A DNA stretch of 64,000 nt, taken from an uncultured Actinomycetes bacterium. GTDB taxonomy: Bacteria > Actinomycetota > Thermoleophilia > Gaiellales > Gaiellaceae. Shown in pieces: positions 54,173 through 62,039 of this stretch. The stretch lies in assembly GCA_963737515.1 (NCBI GenBank), contig CAVTSV010000002.1, forward strand, positions 41,816 through 105,815. The letters run 5' to 3'. Position 1 is the first letter of the stretch, and each line of letters starts with the position of its first letter. The notes beneath the pieces are model-generated. The model saw only the letters and a list, made by a program, of their open reading frames with translations, ran no database searches and had not been told where the DNA came from. The position numbers and the translations under genes are program-made.

Positions 54173-55267
54173 TTACGAGACGCCAGAAAGGACGTGTCCG
54201 AGAGCGACAGCGAAGAACTCGTTCTCCTCCGGCATGCCGACGCTGACGCGAATCGCCTCCGGCGCGCCGAAGCCGTCGAGCGGCCGGACGATTACGCCCT
54301 CCAGCTGCAGTTGCTCGAAGAGCGCGCGCCCGCCGCCGACGTCTGCGAAGAGGAAGTTGCCGAGCGCCGGCTCGACCGGTTCCAGGCCGTGCTCCCGGAG
54401 GATCGCGCCGAGCCGCTCGCGGCCCGTCGCGTTGAGCGCGCGCCGGCGGGCGATCTCCTCCGCCTCGTCGAGGCTCGCCAGGGCTGCCGCCTGCGCCTGC
54501 GCGGTCACGTCGAACGCGCGGCGCACCTTGCTCGTCGCGGTGACGACGTCGGCCGGGGCGACCGCCCAGCCGACCCGCACTCCCGCGAGCCCGTAGATCT
54601 TGGAGAACGTCCGCAGCACCGCGAGCCGCCGCCCTTCCCGGAACAGCTCGATCGCGTCCGCGTAGTCCGGGTCGTCGATGTATTCGAAGTACGCCTGGTC
54701 GACGACGCAGAGGACGTGCCCGGGGAGGTGGTCGAGGAACGAGACGAGCTCCTCCCGCCCGTTCGCCGTTCCCGTCGGGTTGTTCGGATGGCAGACGTAG
54801 ACGAGCTTCGTGCGGGGGCCGATCGCTTCGAGCATCGCGTCGAGGTCGTAGGTGTGGTCGCGGAGCGGAACGCGCCGCGCCTCGGCGCCGAGCTTCGCTG
54901 CGTCGAGGACGTAGCTCGGGAAGGACGGCCAGCCGCAGACGATGTCGTCGCCGGGATCGAGCGTCGCCTGCGAGAGGAGGTCGATGATCCCGTCGGCGCC
55001 CGCTCCGACGATCAGCTCCTCGAACTTCACCCCGGCCCGCTCGGCCAGCGCCGCCCGCAGCGACCACACGCCGCCGTCCGGGTAGCGATTCAGACCCTCC
55101 GCCCCGCGCTCCATCGCCTCGAGCGCGGCAGGGAACGGCGGGAACGGGCCTTCGTTCGACGCGAGCTTGACCACGCGCTCGAGCCCGAGCTCACGCTGCA
55201 CGGCCTCGACGGGCTTGCCCGGCTCGTACGGGACGAGATCGGCGATCGACGCCCGGAAGAGGCTCAA
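54173..55267 (-). CDS. hisC: Histidinol-phosphate aminotransferase
   Basis: KLASNEGPFPP...NRYPDG...CHPNNPTG...TFSKIYGLAGVRVGW. TTG start. Confidence 0.9.
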   Translation of the reverse strand: MSLFRASIADLVPYEPGKPVEAVQRELGLERVVKLASNEGPFPPFPAALEAMERGAEGLNRYPDGGVWSLRAALAERAGVKFEELIVGAGADGIIDLLSQATLDPGDDIVCGWPSFPSYVLDAAKLGAEARRVPLRDHTYDLDAMLEAIGPRTKLVYVCHPNNPTGTANGREELVSFLDHLPGHVLCVVDQAYFEYIDDPDYADAIELFREGRRLAVLRTFSKIYGLAGVRVGWAVAPADVVTATSKVRRAFDVTAQAQAAALASLDEAEEIARRRALNATGRERLGAILREHGLEPVEPALGNFLFADVGGGRALFEQLQLEGVIVRPLDGFGAPEAIRVSVGMPEENEFFAVALGHVLSGVS

Positions 55268-55268
55268 G

Positions 55269-55394
55269 TCAGATCTTCTTCCGGCCGAACGGCAGCTTCC
55301 GGCTCAGCTTCTTCGCCTGCTTGCGCGCAAGAACCTTCCCGATCTTCAGTGCGAGCCAGCCGACGATCGCGTTGCGTCTGTTGACAATGGCCAC
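55269..55394 (-). CDS. Candidate 41-aa basic mini-protein immediately upstream of hisC (not in the ORF track)
   Basis: Own translation from GTG 55394: VAIVNRRNAIVGWLALKIGKVLARKQAKKLSRKLPFGRKKI*. Its TGA lies 1 nt before the hisC TTG. Confidence 0.25.
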   Translation of the reverse strand: MAIVNRRNAIVGWLALKIGKVLARKQAKKLSRKLPFGRKKI

Positions 55395-55420
55395 GGAAAC
55401 GAGGCTATCGAATGGCGCAG

Positions 55421-55452
55421 GGAAGAGCCGCCCTGCGGGTGGCAGCTCTTCC
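55421..55452 (-). terminator. About 12-bp hairpin downstream of lpd
   Basis: GGAAGAGC...GCTCTTCC outer stem with an inner GCCGCCC/GGGTGGC extension. No U-tract. Confidence 0.3.
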
Positions 55453-55578
55453 GGAAAGGCAGTCCCGGGTCGTCCGCGGGCGGCGACTCGACTCGAGACT
55501 GGGACGAAGATGTCCGCGCGCAGTGTCCCCGCGCGAAGCCCGGCCCGAGGGCCTCCGGAGCCTGGCTTTACCGAACGT

Positions 55579-56994
55579 TTACGCCGGCGTTTTCGCGCGC
55601 GGCTTGCGGTTCGGGATATGGATAGCCCGACCCAGAGCGACCAACCCGGCTTCCTTGATCGCCTCGGACAGGGTCGGATGGGGCGCGATGCCGTCGGCGA
55701 CCGTCTCCACCGTCGCCTCCGCGTCGAGCGCGACGACTCCGGCTTCGATCATGTCGGTGACGTGCGGCCCGACCATGATCAGCCCGAGCAGCTCGCCGTA
55801 CTTGGTCTCGTGGATCGATTTGACCCAGCCGACCGTCTCGTCCTGCATCACGGCACGCGCGTTCGCGACCCACGGGAAGACGCCGACTGCGACGTCGTCG
55901 CCGTACTGCTCGCGCGCCTGCGCCTCGGTGAGGCCGACCCCGGCGATCTCGGGATCCGTGTAGATCGGACGCGGCACCGCCTTGGCGTCGAGGATTGCTT
56001 CGTGGCCGGTCGCGTTCTCCGCGGCGACCTCGCCCTCGCGGAACGCGGTGTGCGCGAGCTGCCAGTAGCCGGCGCAGTCGCCGACGGCGTAGATGTGCGG
56101 GACGCTCGTGCGGCGATGGTCGTCGGTCGCGATTCCGGCGCGCTTGTCGAACTCGACGCCGGCCGCCTCGAGCCCGAGCCCCTCGACGAGGGGTGCGCGT
56201 CCCACCGAGACGAGCATCAGATCGGCTTTGACCGTTTCTCCGTCGCCGAAGTGGACGGTGAGCTTGGAGCCGTCGTCGTCGACCTTCGTGCACTGCTTGC
56301 CGAGCTGGAGGGAGATGCCGCGCTTGGAGAACTGCTTCGCGAGTTCCTTCGCCGCGTCCGCATCCTCCTGCGGAATGAGCGTGTCGAGCATCTCGACGAT
56401 CGTGACCTCCGAACCGAAGCGGCTGAAGATCGAGGCGAACTCGCAGCCGATGATCCCACCGCCGAGCACGACGAGCCGCTTCGGCACGGACTCTTGCGCG
56501 AGCAGGCCGGTGGAGTCGACGCAGCGCGGCGAGTCGAGGCCTTCGATCGGCGGGCGCATCGGGAACGAGCCCGTCGCGATGATCGCCGACTTGAACGTGA
56601 CGTCCTCCCCGCCCTCGACGGAGATCGTGTTCGCGTCCTTGAAGGTGCCCTTGCCCTTCACCCATTCGACGCCGTTCGCCTTGAAGAGGCCCGCGATGCC
56701 GGTCGTCATCTGCTTGACGACGCCCGACTTCCAGGCGTTCGAGGCAGCGAAGTCGAGCGTCGCCTCACCGACGTGGACGCCGAACTTCGCGAAGGACTCC
56801 TCCGCCTCCTTCAGCGCGAACGCGGTCTGCACCCACGCCTTCGTCGGGATGCACCCGACGCGGAGGCACGTGCCGCCCAACTCCGGCTCCATCTCGATGC
56901 AGGCGACCTTCGCGCCGAGCTGCGCAGCGCGGATCGCAGCGGTATACCCGCCAGGCCCGCCTCCGAGGACGGCGACGTCAACGTCCATGCTCAT
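55579..56994 (-). CDS. lpd: Dihydrolipoyl dehydrogenase (E3)
   Basis: VAVLGGGPGGYTAAIRAAQLG...GGTCLRVGCIPTK...HAHP-type C-terminus APHPTLSE. Confidence 0.95.
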   Translation of the reverse strand: MSMDVDVAVLGGGPGGYTAAIRAAQLGAKVACIEMEPELGGTCLRVGCIPTKAWVQTAFALKEAEESFAKFGVHVGEATLDFAASNAWKSGVVKQMTTGIAGLFKANGVEWVKGKGTFKDANTISVEGGEDVTFKSAIIATGSFPMRPPIEGLDSPRCVDSTGLLAQESVPKRLVVLGGGIIGCEFASIFSRFGSEVTIVEMLDTLIPQEDADAAKELAKQFSKRGISLQLGKQCTKVDDDGSKLTVHFGDGETVKADLMLVSVGRAPLVEGLGLEAAGVEFDKRAGIATDDHRRTSVPHIYAVGDCAGYWQLAHTAFREGEVAAENATGHEAILDAKAVPRPIYTDPEIAGVGLTEAQAREQYGDDVAVGVFPWVANARAVMQDETVGWVKSIHETKYGELLGLIMVGPHVTDMIEAGVVALDAEATVETVADGIAPHPTLSEAIKEAGLVALGRAIHIPNRKPRAKTPA

Positions 56995-57022
56995 CTCCCT
57001 CGTCCATTTCCGTTGAGCCTAC

Positions 57023-57469
57023 TCAGAGGTCGGCGACCATCGTCACCGTTGTGTCCTCGCGCCGGTGCTCGCGGAAGCCGTGCTTCTCGTAGAAGCCGGT
57101 CTGCCCCGGCTCGGCGCTCAGGCTGACGCGCGAGAAGCCGTCGGCGCGCGCCCGCTCGAGCAGCGCTTCGAGGAGCTCGCCGCCGCTGCCGTGGCCGCGG
57201 TGGCTCGGGACGACGGCGATCGTCAGCTCCGGCGTCTCCTCGTCCACGAAGCCGAAGCCCTGGGCGTTCGCGGGGAAGAGGCGGTACCACGCGGCGCCGT
57301 ACGCGTTCGGGCCGGCGAAGGCGATCACGCCGGCGTCCCCGGGCCGTCCCCAGTTCTGGACGTAACGGAAGAGGGGACGATCGGGATCCTCCGCGATCCG
57401 CCAGTGGTACGCGTGGCGAAGCATGTCGCGGAGGAAGCGCGGGTCCTGGCGGTCGACGGGCCGAAGCAT
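57023..57469 (-). CDS. GNAT-family N-acetyltransferase (148 aa)
   Basis: IAVVPSHRGHGSGGELLEALLERARADGFSRVSLS...FYEKHGF. Confidence 0.8.
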   Translation of the reverse strand: MLRPVDRQDPRFLRDMLRHAYHWRIAEDPDRPLFRYVQNWGRPGDAGVIAFAGPNAYGAAWYRLFPANAQGFGFVDEETPELTIAVVPSHRGHGSGGELLEALLERARADGFSRVSLSAEPGQTGFYEKHGFREHRREDTTVTMVADL

Positions 57470-57484
57470 CGGGGAATCCCAGCG

Positions 57485-58663
57485 CTAGAGCGCGAGCCCC
57501 GGATCCTCGAGGCTCTCTTTGAGGGTCTGCAGGAACGCGGCCGCGGGCGCGCCGTCGACGGCGCGGTGGTCGAACGTCGCGGTCAGCGTGAGCATCGGCC
57601 GCACGGCGAGCTCGCCGCCGACCGGGACGACCCTGTTCACGGTCGCGCCGACCGCGACGATCGCAGCCTGCGGCGGGTTGAGGACGGCGGTGAAGCTCTC
57701 GACCGCGTACATGCCGAGGTTGGAGATCGTGAACGTGCCGGCCTCGAGATCCTCGGTGCGCAGCTTGTTGTCGCGGGCACGCCCGACGACGTCGGCGCGC
57801 GCGGCCGCGATCTCGGCGAGCGAGAGCCGTTCCGCACCGCGGATGACCGGGACGACGAGGCCTTGCGGCGCGGCGACGGCGATGCCGACGTTCGCGCTCG
57901 GGTGGAGCAGGATCGCCTCCTCCGTGAACTCGGCATTCACCTCCCGGTGGCGCATGAGCGCCTGCGCGGAGACCTTCGTGAGGACGTCGGTCACAGTGAC
58001 GCGAACGTCCGGATCGCGCTCGCGGAGCTTCGCGACGAGCGCGTTCGCCCGCGTCATGTCGGCCGACGCCTGCAGCTGGAAGACCGGGATCTGCCACGCG
58101 TCGGCCAGGCGCCGGGCGATCGTCTTGCGGATGTTCGTGAGCGGGATGCGCTCGACCTCGCCGGCCGGAACAGAGGGCCGCGGCGGAGCGGGTGCGCCGG
58201 CCTCGACGCGCTCCACATCTTCCGCGACGATTCGTCCTTCGGGGCCGGTGCCGCGGAGCGTCGCGAGGTCGATCCCGCGCTCCCGCGCTAGCCGCCGCGC
58301 CAGAGGCGAGGCCTTGATCCGTCCATTCGTCGTCGCACGTGCCCGCTCGACAGACGGCGCTTCCGGCGTGGGCTCCGGCTCCGGCTGCTCGGGAGCCTCG
58401 GCGGCCGCGATCTCGGGCACCTCCTCGCCCTCACTCCCGATGAACGCAACGGTCCGGCCGACCGGAACCTCTCCCGCGGCCACCGCGATCTTGAGCAGGA
58501 CGCCGCTCGCCTCCGCCTCGACCTCCTGCGTCACCTTGTCGGTGTCGAGCTCGAAAAGCGGCTCACCCTTCTCCACTTGCTCGCCCTCGGACTTGAGCCA
58601 GCGCACGATGGTGCCCGTCTCCATGCCCTGGCCGAGCCGCGGGAGGATCACCTCCATCGCCAT
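57485..58663 (-). CDS. Dihydrolipoamide acyltransferase (E2) of a 2-oxoacid dehydrogenase complex
   Basis: Lipoyl domain LFELDTDKVTQEVEA, E3-binding region ASPLARRLARERGIDL, and catalytic DHRAVDG. Confidence 0.9.
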   Translation of the reverse strand: MAMEVILPRLGQGMETGTIVRWLKSEGEQVEKGEPLFELDTDKVTQEVEAEASGVLLKIAVAAGEVPVGRTVAFIGSEGEEVPEIAAAEAPEQPEPEPTPEAPSVERARATTNGRIKASPLARRLARERGIDLATLRGTGPEGRIVAEDVERVEAGAPAPPRPSVPAGEVERIPLTNIRKTIARRLADAWQIPVFQLQASADMTRANALVAKLRERDPDVRVTVTDVLTKVSAQALMRHREVNAEFTEEAILLHPSANVGIAVAAPQGLVVPVIRGAERLSLAEIAAARADVVGRARDNKLRTEDLEAGTFTISNLGMYAVESFTAVLNPPQAAIVAVGATVNRVVPVGGELAVRPMLTLTATFDHRAVDGAPAAAFLQTLKESLEDPGLAL

Positions 58664-58665
58664 CG

Positions 58666-59643
58666 CTACTTCCCCACCGTCCGCTTGATCGCCGCGAGCA
58701 CGTCTTCCATGTGCGGGATGACGAAGTTCTCCATCACCGGCGCGAACGGCAGCGGCGTGAACTTCGCGCCAACCCGCTCGATCGGGGCGTCGAGCCAGTC
58801 GAAGGCCTGGTACTGGACCACGGCCGCGACCTCGGCGCCGAAGCCCATCCGCGTCACCGCCTCGTGGGCGACGACCGCGCGGCTCGTCTTCTTGACGGAG
58901 CCGACGATCGTCTCCTCGTCGAGCGGCTGGAGCGTCCGCGGATCCACCACCTCGACCGAGATGCCGTCCTTCTCCGCCTCCTCCGCCGCCTTGAGCGCCT
59001 CGTGGACGAGTCGGCCGGTCGCGATCACGGTCACGTCCTCACCGTCGCGATGGATGCGCGCCTTGCCGAGCGGGATCGGCTCGATCTGCTCGGGGACGGT
59101 GCCCTTGACCGGATAGAGGGTCCGGTGCTCGAAGAAGACGACGGGGTTGTCGTCGTAGATCGCCGACCAGAGGAGGCCGCGCACGTCCTCGGGCGTCGAG
59201 GCAAAGACGACCTTCAGACCCGGGATGTGGACGAACCACGCCTCGAGCTGCTGGGCGTGCTGCGCGCCGGGCGACCAGCCGGCGCCACCCTGGGTGCGGA
59301 AAACGACGGGGACGGTGACCTGCCCGCCGGACATGTAGCGGTGCTTCGCCGCCTGGTTGACGATCTGCTCGGCGGCGAGCGTCATGAAGTCCTCGTACAT
59401 GATCTCCGCGATCGGGCGCATCCCCTGGATCGCGGCGCCGATCGCCGCGCCGGCGACCGCCATCTCGGAGATCGGCGTGTTGCGCACGCGCTCCGGCCCG
59501 AACTCGTCGAGCAGTCCTTGCGTGACACCCATCGAGCCGCCCATCTCGGCGATGTCCTCGCCGAGGATGAAGACGTCGTCGTCCGCGCGCATCGCCTGGA
59601 TCAGCGTGTCGCGGACGGCCTCGCGGTACGTCAGCTCAGGCAT
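58666..59643 (-). CDS. 2-oxoacid dehydrogenase E1 beta subunit
   Basis: In-frame ATG 59643 with AGGAG RBS: MPELTYREAVRDTLIQAMRADDDVFILGEDI.... Confidence 0.9.
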   Translation of the reverse strand: MPELTYREAVRDTLIQAMRADDDVFILGEDIAEMGGSMGVTQGLLDEFGPERVRNTPISEMAVAGAAIGAAIQGMRPIAEIMYEDFMTLAAEQIVNQAAKHRYMSGGQVTVPVVFRTQGGAGWSPGAQHAQQLEAWFVHIPGLKVVFASTPEDVRGLLWSAIYDDNPVVFFEHRTLYPVKGTVPEQIEPIPLGKARIHRDGEDVTVIATGRLVHEALKAAEEAEKDGISVEVVDPRTLQPLDEETIVGSVKKTSRAVVAHEAVTRMGFGAEVAAVVQYQAFDWLDAPIERVGAKFTPLPFAPVMENFVIPHMEDVLAAIKRTVGK

Positions 59644-59807
59644 CCCTGCGCTCCTGACTCGTCGCTGGGGAGCCGGACAAGCGAGCGAGGCGAGGACAGT
59701 ACGTCGCGTACGGCCGAGCCGAGCGAGCGCAGTACGGCGCTGCCAGCGGCGAGAGCGCGCTGCGGAGGCCGGCTCCGCCGGCCGGGAGCAGTGCACGGTC
59801 AGGGGCG

Positions 59808-60779
59808 TCAGGCATAGACGTTCTTCAACGCGTCTTCGGGAGCGGGATCGGTGCCGTTCTTCGCAAACTCCACCGACGCCTCGACCATCTCCGTGACCTC
59901 GGCGTCGAGCTCGGCAAACTCCTCGCCGGACATCTCGACGTGCGCGCGCAGCAGCTCGATCGGATCGCGCGTCGCGCGGAGCTCGCGTGCCTCGTCCTTG
60001 TCGCGGTAGACCTGCGGATCGCCGATGTAGTGGCCGGCGAAGCGGACGGTGTCGAGGTGGAGGAAGACCGGGCCGTCGCCGCCGCGCGCATGCTCGAGCG
60101 CCTTGCGAGCGGTCTTGTAGACCGCCTCGACGTCCTGCCCGTCGGCCTTCAGCGCCTTCATCCCGAACGCTTTCGCGCGTTCGGAGAGATCGCGGATCGG
60201 AGAGTGCTTGCTCTCGGGAGTCGATTCGGCCCAGTGGTTGTCCTCGAGCACGAAGACGGCGGGAACCTGCCAGAGCTGGGCGAGGTTGAGCGCCTCGTGG
60301 AAGGTGCCGATGTTCGTCGCGCCGTCCCCGAAGAACGCAACCGCGACGCGCGGCTCGCCGCGCAGCTTGAAGGCGAGCGCCGCGCCGGTGATCTGCGGGA
60401 GGCCGCCCCCAATGACGGCATTCGCGCCGAGGTTGCCGCGCTCGACGTCGTAGAGGTGCATCGAGCCGCCGTAGCCGTGCGAGCAGCCCTCCTGCTTGCC
60501 GTAGAGCTCGGCCATCAACTCGTTGGGATGTGTCCCCTTGGCGAGCGTGTGCCCGTGCGCGCGGTGCGTGGACGCGATGACGTCGCCGTCGCCGAGTGCA
60601 CGGCAGACGCCGACAGCGCATGCTTCCTGGCCGATCGCGACATGGATGAAGCCCGGCAGCTCGCCAGCGCGGAACCGCTCCTCGACCTTCTCCTCGAACC
60701 GCCGGATGAGGAGCATCTCGCGCAGCACATCCCCGAGATCCGCCTTAGCAAGGCTCGCCCTTTGCTCCACCTTCGCCAC
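59808..60779 (-). CDS. 2-oxoacid dehydrogenase E1 alpha subunit (TPP-binding)
   Basis: In-frame GTG 60779. RRFEEKVEERFRAGELPGFIHVAIGQEA...GDGATNIGTFHEALNLA. Confidence 0.9.
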   Translation of the reverse strand: MAKVEQRASLAKADLGDVLREMLLIRRFEEKVEERFRAGELPGFIHVAIGQEACAVGVCRALGDGDVIASTHRAHGHTLAKGTHPNELMAELYGKQEGCSHGYGGSMHLYDVERGNLGANAVIGGGLPQITGAALAFKLRGEPRVAVAFFGDGATNIGTFHEALNLAQLWQVPAVFVLEDNHWAESTPESKHSPIRDLSERAKAFGMKALKADGQDVEAVYKTARKALEHARGGDGPVFLHLDTVRFAGHYIGDPQVYRDKDEARELRATRDPIELLRAHVEMSGEEFAELDAEVTEMVEASVEFAKNGTDPAPEDALKNVYA

Positions 60780-60803
60780 GGGCCGGAGTGTACGGTTCGG
60801 GCC

Positions 60804-61442
60804 GTGCGCCTCGTCGAACGGTGGAATCACGTCGAACGCGGCCTCGAGCTGGGGTGGACCGAGGCGACACTCAGCCTCGAGATCCACGACGTTCAGGCGC
60901 AATCGCGGGCTGCCGCGCTCCTCGGGCCGGCAGGGCCGGGCCTCGCGGGAAACACGATCCGGTTCACCGTTTCGACCCGCGGCGCGGGCGTCGGGCCCGA
61001 CGCCGCCCGGCGGTTGCTGCAGCGCCTCGACGGCGAGGGCATCACCGCGCGGCTCGAGCTGGTCTCCTCCGCCACGGCGCCCGAGAAGCCGTCCGTGCCG
61101 CAGCTGCTGCTCGCCGACGAGTGGCAGGCGGGACTTGCCGTGGTGCCTGAAGATTGGAGCGATCTCGTCGTCGAGCTCGAGCTCGAGTCGAGCGCTGACG
61201 TCGACCGCACCGCCGTCCTGTGCGCTCCGCTCAACCCGACTCAGACCGGACATCCCGGTTTTCGCTTCCGGTGCGCGAGCTCGCACGGCTACGGCGCCTC
61301 CGCGGGAATGGTCGGACGCTGCCTCGGCCGTCTCGACGACGACGGCATTGCCGGCCGGGTCCGGGTCACGCGCGTCCTGAGCGACGTCCACCCCGTCGGG
61401 ACGCAGGGCGCCGTCTTCGTCGGCGGGCGCCGTCCGGAATGA
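60804..61442 (+). CDS. Hypothetical protein (212 aa)
   Basis: Tail of ORF 59940..61442 from in-frame GTG 60804. GC3-rich. Its stop overlaps the next ATG (ATGA). Confidence 0.5.
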   Translation: MRLVERWNHVERGLELGWTEATLSLEIHDVQAQSRAAALLGPAGPGLAGNTIRFTVSTRGAGVGPDAARRLLQRLDGEGITARLELVSSATAPEKPSVPQLLLADEWQAGLAVVPEDWSDLVVELELESSADVDRTAVLCAPLNPTQTGHPGFRFRCASSHGYGASAGMVGRCLGRLDDDGIAGRVRVTRVLSDVHPVGTQGAVFVGGRRPE

Positions 61443-61819
61443 ACGGTCTCTCCGACGCGATGAAGGGTGTGGCTGGCCACGCGCGCTCCCTCGTCCAGCT
61501 CGAGGTCCAGCTCGCACTGAGCGAGATGAAGCGGAAGGTCGCGGCGCTCGGGATCGGGATCGCGCTTGCGCTGCTGGCTGTGCTGCTGCTCGGGCTCGCG
61601 GTCATCTTCGGCCTGGCCGCGGCGACGGTCGGAGTCACGCACTACCTGCCGGTTTGGGAGTCGCTGCTCGTGATGTGTGGGGGGCTCTTCCTCTTCGCCC
61701 TGCTGCTGGCGGCCATCGGCCTCGCGCTCGTGCGCCGCGGCGCGAAGCCGCTTCCCGAGCAGGCGATCGACGAGGCTCGGCTCACGCTCGACGAGCTGCA
61801 GGATGAGCAAGAAGCCTGA
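61439..61819 (+). CDS. Holin-X / DUF1469-like two-TM membrane protein
   Basis: MNGLSDAMKGVAGHARSLVQLEVQLALSEMKRKVAALGIGIALALLAVLLLGLAVIFGL.... Confidence 0.6.
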   Translation: MNGLSDAMKGVAGHARSLVQLEVQLALSEMKRKVAALGIGIALALLAVLLLGLAVIFGLAAATVGVTHYLPVWESLLVMCGGLFLFALLLAAIGLALVRRGAKPLPEQAIDEARLTLDELQDEQEA

Positions 61820-62039
61820 GATCCGCGCGGAGCTCGCGGAGGAACGGCGCGAGCTGAAGAAAGCCGTTGCGTCGCTGCGCGGCGAGCTCGACCAGGCGGC
61901 CAAGCGCTGCAAGAAGCTCGGTGCCAGAGTCGGCGCGGCGACAAGCGCGGCCGTCCTCGCGAAGATCCTCTTCACGCTGAGGCGCAGCGCTAGGCCCGAA
62001 GCACCGCGCCGAACTGTTCGCCGACCGCGGCGGCGATAG
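61803..62039 (+). CDS. Small coiled-coil protein with C-terminal hydrophobic segment (DUF3618-like)
   Basis: MSKKPEIRAELAEERRELKKAVASLRGELDQAAKRCKKLGARVGAATSAAVLAKILF.... Overlaps the previous gene by 17 nt and the convergent pheT end by 50 nt. Confidence 0.45.
   Translation: MSKKPEIRAELAEERRELKKAVASLRGELDQAAKRCKKLGARVGAATSAAVLAKILFTLRRSARPEAPRRTVRRPRRR

Noticed and set aside
59644-59800. N-terminal extension of E1beta from an in-frame upstream GTG
   Set aside because: The extension (VHCSRPAEPASAARSRRWQRRTALARLGRTRRT...) has non-coding-like composition, and a good AGGAG RBS precedes the ATG at 59643.
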